Source: Phoronis australis (Eukaryota > Animalia > Phoronida). Taken from it: 64,000 nt of DNA. Made by a program: the position numbers and the translations under genes. The notes below the pieces were generated by a model. The model did not search any database and was not told the DNA's origin. It worked only from the letters and a program-made list of their open reading frames with translations. Of this stretch, positions 39,301-49,547 are shown piece by piece; position 1 is the stretch's first letter, and each line of letters starts with the position of its first letter. The DNA is taken from positions 1 through 64,000 of the forward strand of contig NMRA01000812.1 in assembly GCA_002633005.1 (NCBI GenBank). Direction: 5' to 3'.

Positions 39301-42300
39301 GACCAGATAAATAGAGAATTAGAAAATTATAAGGACGAACGACTGATAAGATATATTATACACCTCAGCGCAAAGTAGATAGTACCTGGTGAGAAACCGT
39401 CAAAATATTAGCAACACGACCTTTGTAGTTTAACCTGCGTGTGACATAATTCGCCTCAAGCTTCCAGAGCACGAAAGGCCTATGGGATGGCTACTCTACT
39501 GCTCGTTGAGACGGTCGCACTCTCAAATTCAGCAGCTCAGCAGAAAAATTCATAGCGCACATTCAAAAAAATATCCCTTTGCAAACCAAAAATTAAATGC
39601 AGACATATGCTCGGGCGTAAAGTGGATATGACGAATACACACTTGGGTGTACCCGGCGCGCAAACGAAAAGATCCCGGGACATTTTCCTCACCGAAATGC
39701 CGTTACAAAAACTGTTTGATGCATAAGTCTGAAGACTCAGCGTATACCTAATTTTGATGTCCTTAAATTGAATGAACCTGGGAGAATATTATGGAATTAA
39801 TTGTGCATACTTTCTTCCAAATGCACGCCCAGTGCGTCTTTGCTGTAACATTCCTTACGTACGTCTACGTGTACATGTGTCTAAGGCAGGTATGGTAACA
39901 CAAAAACTAAGATTATTTAAACACGCGTGACACTCTAATGCTTACCGTGGATTCTTCTCACGAGCAAGTTGTAGTTATTCAGTGGCTGGTCTTCATAAAC
40001 AACTTGTATCGGCATGGAAGCTTCATATTTTGTCCTCAGAAAACCTGAAAGGAGTACAATTGTGGAGCTTCATTATATATCTACATTGTATTCCTTTTAA
40101 ACAGGTTATGCCAGGGTTGTGTTTAATCAAAGTGACGCAAGACTAAAGACAGACATTTGGTATCACTTTCTAAAACTATTTCTAAAAAGTAATTTAAATT
40201 CACTCTAGCAAAAAATTAAGTGATTATCTGCGGGTGTAACTATCAGGTTTTCATTTGATGACTTGGTTGAGGAGTTATTTTCATTGTAAGAATTATTCCT
40301 GCCTTTGAAATAAAAGGAATGCATAAACATTCACTACATAGCATTGAACTCACGTATGGCTTCTTTGATATTAGAAAGGGAAACGCATCCGTCACCGGTG
40401 GCAAAGTCGCCAATGGTAAAAGGACGTAGACCATCGTGAGGCACGTTATCTAAAACAAAAAACAGAAGAGGCAGTGAGATAGTGACCCGGAGACACGTTA
40501 ATTACAAGCTTGTTCTACTGAACCCAGCCTGTGTTTAATAGCATGCTTTTAAGCATTTAAAATGCACAAAACTAAATATTGTTTTGTAAGATATGTGGTT
40601 AACTCGTGTTAAGCTATCAGGGATTCTCCGATACAGTATTCGTTGATTTCCGTAAGTCTTTATCGTCTATTGTACATCTGCGACACCTCGGGTATTTGTT
40701 TTGTGCTGAAGCGTGTACAGTTTTTAGTGCACCCGGAACACCTCGGGTATTTTCGTAGCCTCAAATTATCCCTCGGAGGTGTTCCATGTCTGCGCATGTG
40801 CGCACTTGAAGAATTGCAAAACAATATGACTCTGAAATGGATAATGCTGTCGAATGTGTGATTAAAAGGCTCTGTGTTGATGTTCGCAAAACTTTTCAAA
40901 AACGAAATCTTGAAGAAATTTTCAAGTATTCAGTTTTGCTTCTTGCATACCAGTGTCACAAAGAGTTGGGATTACATTACTCTGTGTTCAAGTTTCTCAT
41001 ATTTTCTCGGTCCTCACGCTAATTTCTTCAAATTTGGGTGTTGAGTTGTTAACCTGGTCGAGATCTTTCTTTTTCCTACTGTTTACAGCAGACTTCCATT
41101 CCTACTTTATCATACTTTTATTAAAAAAACATCACCATCCTACCTATAATCTCAACAGTAACAAAATCAAATGTCGTCACTTGTTTAGTATAAACATAAA
41201 AGTGGTCCAGATACATGTATTATTGCATTCTACCTTTAGATGGCAAAGTGATTTAAAAGTTTTTCTGCTATAATGCCCCACTGCATCCGTTTTTGTTTTG
41301 TTTAAAGTGACCAACAGCGGTAAATAAATCTGTTAAAATGCAAACTTGTAAAAAACGTAAAATAAAACGACGAGCTTCGGTACTAAATTATACTAAACTA
41401 TTCGCATTTCGAGTGGTGTGCTCTTTATCGAAGAGAAAAAAAAACGGACTGTCGAATAGATGGATATCGCTTTATATGTTTAAATATGTTTTAGTACAGA
41501 CGCTCGTCGTTTTTTATTTTTTACTATTTTACAATCTTATCCGTCAAATAACTGCACAGCATTCCAGCATCTATTTTATTTATTTGTTAAAATGCCTGGG
41601 ACATATTTTTATCAGTAATGACATAATGTACAGTGTACATGTACGTGAACTCTAAATTTCAACATTTTGCAATTTTTCTCCAAATTTATTACCGAGTTTG
41701 ACCATAATGAGTATCTTTAAACAAGGTAACATTTTACACTAGTGAGAAGTAAGTACATGTATAATCTTAAATGAGGTTCCGGAAGAAGTCGAAATAAAAT
41801 TGCCTGTTGAAATTACTCACGAAACCTACTTCGAAGCCCCTATAGAACTCGGAGCAGGTCCGTAGCCGGGGGGCGGGGGGTTCGTGGGGTTCGATCGAAC
41901 CCCCCCAGAAGAGGTCCAGCTCCAGCATATCTGCTAAAGATAACGATACGGATTGGACAACAACAACAATATTGTTCCAGCTACTGGTACTATTAACTAC
42001 AATAATAACTAAGTTAGTAATAATTTTGAATTTGCTTCCGATTCAAATTGCCACACGTAATTAGCAGGTAGTACCAGGCCACCTCGCCCATAGTTTTTTG
42101 AGTAGATGCCAGGATGGCGCAGACAATTACAGGAGGCTTAATTGTGCTATTCATCGGCACTGAACGCGCGTGGTGGCAACAACATAAGGTAACAACGGAG
42201 TTTAGATGTAAATGTCTATACCTAGCTAAGCTATAAAGCAGCAAGAGAGCACCCAAAAAGTGCAATGTGAATGCTTTAAAATCGACTTGCTGCCATAGCA

Positions 42301-45300
42301 CTGTAAAGTGCAGGCATTTTCAAATTTGTAATAGAAAGTTATCGTTAAATAAATGTATGTTGCAGACCCGTAGCCAGGAAGGGTTAGAGGGGTTCGATCG
42401 AAACCCGCGGAATAGGTCTAGCCCCATCATATCAGTTGAGGATACAGATGGATAACAGCAAAATTTTTGTAGCTACTGGTAGTACTAACTACAACGATAT
42501 AACTGAGTTAGTTATCATTTTGATTTTGCTTCTGATTCAAAGCACTTCACGTGGTATTCGGCCGTACCCTACCAACTTCGTCCGAGTGGTGTTTGTGTAG
42601 ATAACACTGAGGGCTTCATGTTATTCACCAGCATTGAACGCGCGTGGTGGCTACACCATACGGTAACAAAGGAGTCTATAAGTGAATGTCTATACCTACA
42701 TGTACATATAGGTATAAATGTCTAGGCTACGTCATACGTAAGCTATATAGCAACGAAAGAGCTTCCAAAAAGTAGTGCGATATGAATGCCTTAAGAGCGG
42801 CAAGACATAAACTTCTGTTTTGGTTTAATTGCTAGCATAGTAAGGTAAAGAGCATTTTCAAATTTTTAATTGGAAGAGATCCTCGAATATGCAATTATGT
42901 TGTTCATCCAATGTCCACTTTGATTTTGGATTGCTGGATTGACACGCATGCGTGTACACATGTGTGCGTTTCCGTTCTTATAAATTCAGTTCACGCTGAT
43001 GGTACAGTACGTTCACTGTAAGCAGTCCTCCGTCGTGCTCAAAAAACAGACTTTCAACTACCGTGTTTTCATGCACTGAGATTATCCGTCAAGCATTTTC
43101 ACTTTATTAGGGAAAAGTAGGCCTAACCCTCAACTTTGGTAAATGAAGAAATTCTTTTCTTGTTAATCAGTGTCAATGGTGCACCGACCCGTAAATTTCA
43201 AATGTGATGGAAAAGATTTCCATGGTAACATGTCACTATGCTGAACGTTCAACACTCCCCGAAGGTCCACTACTCCGAAAGTCTATCACTCCGAAGGCTC
43301 ACTACTCCGAAGGTTCTCTACCTTCGAATATTCACTACTTCGAATTTCCCCAATTCCGAAGACCAGAATTCCCACATTTCTGATTGTCTGCTCACGAATC
43401 ATTCTCAAGCATTCAGGGACAACATCTGGGGCGCCAGTCAAGGCTGCGGTGACCAACGTCGCCGGGTTTTAAATTCAAGGAGACTGAAAGGGACTACCTG
43501 ACTTCGTGAGGACTGGCAGGGACAGGGTGGCCTACTACCTACATTTAGTTTCGACCCGGCCGTGCGCGTCGTTCCTTGGGTGAGGTTGAGCGACGAAGGG
43601 GCCCCAAAACTTTTCAGTTGAGCTGCGATGCGAACTGAATTGACATGGATTTGATGAATGTATCGTGGTTGATAATTCATTAATATTCATACTTCATATT
43701 CTTGTAATGCAAATGCATGCTCATTTGTTCGTGTTCAGACATGAGGGCAATTTCGCATGCACATTGAAAATGAATCGTATTGGCCAGCTAGACTCTGGTC
43801 ACTGTCTACACGAAATCCAAACAAAATGTTTTAGTACACGGGAGTTGTTTTCGATGTAGGTCCATCTAATAACCGAAGTATAGTTTATTTTTGCATGAAA
43901 AAGTATAAAAATTACCCCTGAGTGAAATTTTAAATATTTTTGGAGCAGTGGACCTTCGGAGTAGAGAATCTTTGAAATAGTGAGATGTTCCCATTTACAA
44001 CGATGTGAGAAACTCAGTAAAATGAAAAAACACAATCAGATAAACAACTTCGTAAAGTCATTCTCCGACTTAACTTCATAATTTTGTCCGAGTATATAGT
44101 GGGGCGTAATCACTCATTTAAGAATGCCTAATTTTAAATTTTCGCAGGTCGGAGGTAAGGAGAGAACGTTCACTTGCTGGACCACCATTTCATCCATATG
44201 TGTGTCCCGTTCTTTGAGAGCAACCTTCACAGCATCCTCATTTCTGGTACTACAGGTTCTGTCTCTTCTCAGGAACGTAGAGCTGAGAGTCATTGTGGTG
44301 TACATGTATACTTCACCCTAAGCTGCGTCAAAGGTCTCACCGAAAATTCAACAGTATCGACGTTGGCAAAATATTAGAGGTCCGCCGTTTTAGAAGTTCG
44401 AACCTCCCCCCGCTCAATGCTGGCTACGGGCCTGTGTTGTTCATCCAGTGTCCACTTTGATTATGCATCGGTGGATTGACATCCATGAGTGTAAACGTGC
44501 AGACTTTATGGCGAGCAACAAACTTGATGGAAAAGATTTCCAAGGTTACATGTCATTATTCCGAATGTTCACTACTCCGAAGTTTCACTACTCCGAGGGT
44601 TTGCTACTTCGAAAGTTCAGTACTTCGAATGCCCACAATTCCGAAACTAGACTAACTCCGACAGTTCATTACTCAGATTGCCTGCTAATGAGTCGGAACT
44701 GACATGGATAAAGTACTGTATTTATGTCCTATTGGTTACTGTTTAAGGGTGTGTAAAAACTGAATAGTTCTTAAAACTTCAATATCACTATTAACAAATA
44801 AGCCCAGTTCCAATCACTACGACTCGTGATTCTTGAATTCAAGTACATGTAACGTCTCATTCTCAAGCAGGGACAACACCGGGTCAAGGCTGCGACGACC
44901 AACGGCGGTTTTAAAATTAAGATGAATGAATGGGACTCTGTGACTTCGTGAACACTGACAAAGACAGGGTACATGTAGCAAACTGACTACATGTACATTT
45001 AGTTTCAACCCGGCCGTGTGCGTGGTTCCGGTGGGTGATGATGAGGTGCAGCGACCCTAAACTTTTCATTCAAGCTGTGAAATGATGCGATCTTGACATG
45101 ATTCTATGAATGTATCATGATTGATAATAGGTTCATTCCGGACTACACGTCGATAACTATCCTTTGTCCTGGAGATAAAAAAGTGCGCGACCCAGCATTG
45201 GAAATCAGGCAGATTTTCGTGTCTCTCATTGATGTCGGGAAGGCGCATAATTTCAAATCACGCATTCTCGGGTATTTTTCCTGTATATCAAACTTTTTCA

Positions 45301-48300
45301 CGCCGGAATTTTTCAGCCCACAGCACAGCAGTACACTTCGTGGGAATTGGAAGGACGAATAGAGCAAAGCAATCGCGAAAAACTTGTAATGAATCAGACA
45401 CCTACAACTAACACGTGAAATTCCAGTGACACGAAAACTAGGCAGTACAGAATGTGCCACGGATGTTTACGGCATTGTGGGTAAATACACCAAGATGCGC
45501 GTGTCGCTGTGTAATACGGGAAAGCCCTGTTTACTTCATATAACTTAACTGAAAAATGCAAGCACCTACTCATTCTTTGTAAGACATGCTGGCAATTTTG
45601 CATACGCATGAAATCCGGGCGTTGGTTTAATTGGGTAAAGGTACACCGCTCTGTGAATCTAATCACCGAAGTATTGTTTATTTTTGCGCTTAAAAGTATA
45701 AAAATTACACCTGAATCCGAAGTTTTAGTTATTTTCGGAGTTATGAAGCTTCAGAGTAGTGAACCTTCGGAATAGGGGACTGTTCCCAATTCCGTCGATG
45801 TAAGCAACTTAAGTAACACGCAAAATACAACCGGATAAAAAATCAAGTCATTTTCTCGTTAAATATTTAATACCGAGTATATAATGAGGTGCAATCACTC
45901 ATTTAATCACGCCTAATTTGAAATTTTGGCAGGGGGTAACGCTTGGACGTTCTTTTTCTGGACCACATTCCATCCGAATTTGACTCGAGTTCGTTGTGAA
46001 CCACGGCATCCTAACTTCTCGTGTTATTGCGAATTCTGTCTCATCTCAGGAATATAGAGCTGAGAGTCATCGTTGTGTATGCAGATTCCCCTCCCCCTAA
46101 ATAAGCTGCGTCAACGGGCTTACCGAAAACTTTACAATGTCGACAGTTGCAAAGGTCCGTCGTTCTAGAAATTCGAACCACCCCTCCCCGTGCATAGTCC
46201 CTTTCACAGACCTCGAGATTGGTTGGGGTCTGCTAAAGGGCACTTTTTGATGCGTCTTCTTGGAATATCATTGGCTGTTCCGATTTCAAGAAACATGGCA
46301 TTCTATTGGTCAGTTGTATTATAGGTCAAACTAGTTCATCAACATGGCGACTTCCAGTGGAGGAATGGCGATGAAGTTACAACTGTTTAAATCTCTGTTT
46401 TAATGAAACTCCAGCATTTCAAAGCTAACGAGTCAAGGAATGCATCACCAGTAGCAATTACTAAACATTTAATGATAATTATCTTGTATACTATGCTGGA
46501 TTCTGAAGTAATGTGATTTTTACGAAATAATTTGTGGAAAAGATAGGTACACTGTATTAGACCACCCACAAGTCATTTTAGGCATGCTACGGATGATAGC
46601 ACCGAATAGCGGTAAGGAAGTAGCTAAGTGCGTAGCGGCCACGGGAGATTGACCCGGCTAGTTTTTTTCCCAGAGTCTAAATGTAATGTTAAGATTTTTT
46701 TAACAAATGAAAAAATGACCTGGCGCCCGTGAAAACCCGTCCCGTCATTATTCAACCGTTCCTGGGGCGGATCCAGAATTATAATTTAGGGGGTCTAAGG
46801 CAGAGGATCACATGCGCCCACCCAGCCTAAAATATAGAGGGATGGGGCTCGACTTTCGTGGTCAGGTGGACCTCTTACTGGAACAAGAAGACAAGTACTA
46901 AAAAACGGGCTACTAGGTAAAACCCGGTGCATTGTGCATTAGCGACGAAATCCTGTGGATTTTTTTCATTCGAGACCCCCCTCCCCGAAGTGCGCGCATG
47001 TATTTACCCGGATTTTGCCCGTCGTTCTTTTGCACCCCCCACTGCCAAATGGAATCTGGGAGAATTTTAGGGGGGTCTTGGCCCCCTCTAAATCCGCTAC
47101 TGGGTTCCTCCTAACAGGATGTTGGCCAGATAAGCAGTCACGATACCTGCAATTGGCGATCTTTCAGCAGTTCGAATCGCGGATGTTTAGGTCTGGGCGT
47201 CACCTGAGTAGCGCACGGCAATGGATATCTTGTTTTTTCAATATATGCCGTAATTAGGGAGTGAAAGTACTGAACGGCGTGCAGACCAGGATTATGATGG
47301 GGCGAAGTTGGGCTGAAGCGAAAACAATCACAACTTTTCGAACAGTCCTTCGTTCGTTTGCCCAACTTGGCAACTGGCCATTTTTACCCTGCTCGTGCCA
47401 GGATATATCTGACTACTGAACTGCATGAACAATAATCCAAAATACTTGGCAAAATGTCAAGAATCTTCCAATCTTCATTCGCAGCCAAGTTTTTTACTAT
47501 AAGAGTCAAATTTGGAACCGTGAAGACTGAGGCAAAGCGTGCGTGGGTGAAGAATTTATTTTAGATTTGAATTCTCTGAGGCTGAGGGACTTGCAGTGCG
47601 TACAGGATAGGAACGGTTCGAAATAAGGTGTGGGAGCGTAACTTATCTCTTTGTGAGCACATAATTACACGGTGTGGGGATACTACAAAACGCCGACAAG
47701 TGCCTGGTGCTTGATCGGGGGTGACTTCAGATCGGTGAGAGAGCCCAGTAACACATGTACATGTACCTTGCGTGAGAGAAGAATATTTGTCCATTGGCAA
47801 GCCCGAGCGATGAACAGGAGAGGAATTGAGTTTGTGTTCAAAGCTTTTTACATTACGGAGTTCTCCAGTTTAGCCTAACTTGTTAGGTTGTGTAGCCAAT
47901 ATTTTACACCGACGGCTGATTAAGTCCATTCTGGCAATTAGGGTTGGAGGGTCAGCTCTCTGAGAGAGATTAGAACAACTATCGGCGATAGTTGTTCTAA
48001 TCTCTCTCTTATTGACTCATTGGGCTGCGGTGTTAAAAAAGTTAAATTATAAAATGTTTGAACATAAACCAAATACATTTCTGAATTTTCATCAAATACT
48101 TGTCATGCTTAAAGTTTTTGAATCACCAAAATCGCCCAACTATACAATCGAAGTTAAGACTATCACACGCTCACAACCTTTCACGTCTGGTAAAGTCACG
48201 TAATGGGAGAACGTCCTAATGAACATTAAAATTTTAAAATTTATCTATATGACTCCAATGAGATCATTTTCCACAGTAGTTCACACTAAATTTAGATCCT

Positions 48301-49078
48301 CCTGGTCGTTTCAGTTTGGGTAGCCTGCCTCCCGTTCTGTAACGCTGGGACCTCGATAAAAAGCATGCGAGACTGCATGAGCTAAATATAGCGGTGCATT
48401 TTAGATGAGAACACGTTACTGGTTAGATTTTAGCTAGGCCCTAGATTAGGGCCTAGCGTTACTGAACGCATATCAGTTGACATTTATTGTAGTACTTTAT
48501 CTAATCGCTTTGTTATCTAGCTCGTTGTATTTACACGACTAACGGCTGTGTCGTTTGCGGGGCCTTGTTGCAATACACTTTTCATGTTATAACGTGGCGT
48601 TATAACGTGAAAAGTAAGGTGGCTCGTCAGTTATCCTATGTGGAAACTAAGAATTTAAGATGCGTCAAACTTCAGTTTGTGTTTCCGTTCGCATAAAGCA
48701 GATGAAATTGTCTACGGTTGGTGACGCTTCGTAGTATATCTTACAGGTCGTCGTCTTTTATATCACCGCAAAAGGCCATGTAAATGTGAAACCCAGACTC
48801 AGAGTTACATGTATATGTAGGCTGAATACAAACAGGGCATAGCCTCTCATGCTGAGGGTTATAGAAATCAAGTCTAAAACAAGACTGTAAGTTAGGGCCA
48901 CTTCTCGCGATCTGCCATAACCTCTGAACTGGTGGGCGAGTTGTAATAAGTACTTACCGATTGCTTTTAAAATAACAGGTCTGATAAGTCTAGCGAAAGC
49001 AGCGCATCTCAGCAGATGATCATCACTGAACCCTTCGTTTTCGTCAACATAAGGGGTGTAGCCATCCGTTGTTGCCAT
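27070..49078 (-). CDS. SABATH/Methyltransf_7-family SAM-dependent methyltransferase, 8 exons, 384 aa
   Basis: Exons 49078-48958, 40449-40354, 40044-39946, 35670-35520, 34880-34750, 30357-30218, 29682-29508 and 27311-27070 total 1155 nt, are all GT-AG and stay in frame. Family motifs: FTIGDFATGDG, VVYEDQPLNNYN, SFYEVCVP, FSTNAMHYL, QAADEWEKLLLARAKELAPGG, DGKITQEEFDDTNFKQYYRTEEEF, LVDLFY. Confidence 0.92.
28197..28333 (+). mobile_element. ~135-bp MITE family, copy 1
   Basis: Inverted ends ttcagtaacgctaggacct / aggtcctagcattactgaa; homologous copies at ~33655-33760, 35970-36116 and (reversed) 48327-48471. Confidence 0.75.
29508..29682 (-). CDS. SABATH gene exon 7
   Basis: EEFDDTNFKQYYRTEEEFRAPFRNPDSEVSKAGLELVSIQCVLVRCPYHEKWMRDGDG; flanked by ctttag and gtaggc. 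Confidence 0.9.
29811..30004. mobile_element. Near-palindromic MITE (~195 bp) in SABATH intron 6
   Basis: acctgattctagaattaggtc...gggagctgtaaccctcaatccccgttcaaattgg...gttttaatgta pairs with tacattaaaac...ccaaattggaacagggatcaaggttacagctccc...gacctaactctagaaccaggt. Confidence 0.8.
30218..30357 (-). CDS. SABATH gene exon 6
   Basis: GGHFIIGAGMTDDDGQYMGKSRNAKGSMFQLMTSLWKRMLSDGKITQ; flanked by ctttag and gtataa. Confidence 0.9.
31935..32463. repeat. Degenerate tandem repeat (~130-140-bp units), Helentron/HINE-like
   Basis: The unit start aaattgccactagggggcacag recurs (31940, 32072, 32354), as do aagtcgtc..cgtccg.....aacttca...tacac..actaaa..t..t..agatcctgca blocks. Confidence 0.5.
32461..33445 (-). 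mobile_element. 5'-truncated Penelope-like retroelement with GIY-YIG endonuclease and inverted pLTR
   Basis: ORF 32611-33147 contains SNVVYVVECDKCKEFYIGLTQRRLCDTLNEH...LYIKESLAI...LN, and upstream LLRANGYP. The ~210-bp 3' terminal segment (32466-32671) is repeated in inverted orientation at 33232-33437. Confidence 0.92.
33380..33426 (+). ncRNA. Minimal hammerhead-ribozyme-like core in the Penelope pLTR
   Basis: cCTGATGAt-gtcttgtt-g-aataagac-GAAAcgttgag: conserved CUGAUGA and GAAA boxes flanking a stem II. The mirror copy lies on the minus strand at ~32478-32520. Confidence 0.7.
33655..33760 (+). mobile_element. ~135-bp MITE family, copy 2 (partial)
   Basis: aaaatctagccaaaattacgtgtt...aatctcgcgaagtcttgc...aggtcctagcgttattgaa is homologous to 28197-28333. 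Confidence 0.65.
34750..34880 (-). CDS. SABATH gene exon 5
   Basis: IPCNISGAIHSSELTAPDEIGLFRRQAADEWEKLLLARAKELAP; flanked by tgacag and gtatgt. Confidence 0.9.
35520..35670 (-). CDS. SABATH gene exon 4
   Basis: GLLPQVDPDNLNTFPNVFVVIVTKSFYEVCVPHETLLVGFSTNAMHYLQT; flanked by cttcag and gtaagt. Confidence 0.9.
35929..38726. mobile_element. Composite/nested non-autonomous TIR element (~2.8 kb)
   Basis: Outer TIR cgccggatccgcttggtcaaccggctaagacatctgg / ccagatgtcttagccggttgacccgacggaaccggcg. Inner TIR ggtctccaatctccgtactcagactc (36165) / gagtctgagtacggagattggagacc (to 38676). A MITE copy lies at 35970-36116. Confidence 0.8.
38760..39410 (+). mobile_element. L1/Tx1-clade LINE ORF2 remnant (end of endonuclease and linker)
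   Basis: DLGYRADHFSISISF...QGPWRFNNSLPNDSNYVNLV and downstream GEKPSKY match Tx1/L1 consensus motifs (SDH, G.WKFNNSLL.D, GEK..KYF); frameshifted. Confidence 0.75.
39946..40044 (-). CDS. SABATH gene exon 3
   Basis: RFLRTKYEASMPIQVVYEDQPLNNYNLLVRRIH; flanked by tttcag and gtaagc. Confidence 0.9.
40354..40449 (-). CDS. SABATH gene exon 2 (SAM-binding motif I)
   Basis: DNVPHDGLRPFTIGDFATGDGCVSLSNIKEAI; flanked by ttttag and gtgagt. Confidence 0.9.
41855..42898 (+). repeat. Diverged tandem duplication A1/A2 (~510-540-bp units), each starting with a cagg/cagacccgtagcc TIR-like end
   Basis: 41855-42362 and 42363-42898 share ggggttcgatcgaa, agctactggta, tgaacgcgcgtggtggc and gcattttcaaattt blocks in the same order. 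Confidence 0.75.
42899..46190 (+). repeat. Diverged tandem duplication B1/B2 (~1.5/1.75 kb), each containing an internal TIR element with actactccgaa repeats
   Basis: Both units begin tgttgttcatcca.tgtccactttgatt (42899, ~44433) and share gatggaaaagatttcca, tcaaggctgcg.gaccaac, cccggccgtg, aaaagtataaaaattac, agagctgagagtcat and taagctgcgtcaa. Internal TIRs lie at ~43224/43991 and ~44544/45788. Confidence 0.8.
46763..47103. mobile_element. MITE-like element
   Basis: Imperfect TIRs ggggcggatccagaatt...agggggtc / ggccccctctaaatccgctactg. Confidence 0.5.
47962..48008. repeat. Perfect 23-bp-arm palindrome with 1-nt spacer
   Basis: gagagagattagaacaactatcg-g-cgatagttgttctaatctctctc. Confidence 0.9.
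48327..48471 (-). mobile_element. ~135-bp MITE family, reverse-orientation copy
   Basis: gcctcccgttctgtaacgctgggacctcg...gggcctagcgttactgaacgca is the reverse complement of the 28197/35970 copies. Confidence 0.7.
48958..49078 (-). CDS. SABATH gene coding exon 1
   Basis: MATTDGYTPYVDENEGFSDDHLLRCAAFARLIRPVILKAI; donor gtaagt; phase matches exon 2. Confidence 0.8.
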
Positions 49079-49462
49079 GCTGGACAATCCCAGGTGGCAA
49101 TCCTGACGATAGTTCTGAGCGAACTTAAAGTACAGCCGACCGAGCTCTGAGCTCGTTATATTGAGTATGAACTTCCCTTGTCTGGACAAATCCTTATCTC
49201 AAAGGCCAATGTAATGAGGAGGGGACAGCCTCTCGAACACTACTTTTTTTTACTACTGTAGTAACAACATGTTTTTGCAATACAATTGTTCCCACTTTTG
49301 CCTGATATTCTCGCGCAGTCACTCTTCAAAACGTGTTACAGTATTAAAGAAAAGAAGTTACATTTGGCCTACATGGAGACTGTAGGCCCTAAAACAGGTG
49401 TGTATACGTAACTTTCGAAAAATTACTCATACATTGTAGGTAATTGCTTAGCAAAGTGTTTT

Positions 49463-49547
49463 GTGTGTGTGTGTGTGTGTGCGTGTGTGTGTGCGTGTGT
49501 GTGCGTGTGCGTGCGTGTGTGTGTGTATGTGAGTGTGTGGCGTGCGC
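49463..49547. repeat. (GT)n/(GCGT)n microsatellite upstream of the SABATH gene
   Basis: tgtgtgtgtgtgtgtgtgcgtgtgtgtgtgcgtgtgt... Confidence 0.9.

Noticed and set aside
48758-49189. 143-aa single-exon ORF
   Set aside because: Only the 49078-48958 portion is supported (SABATH exon 1). The remainder is read-through past a consensus donor, and the listed start is TTG.
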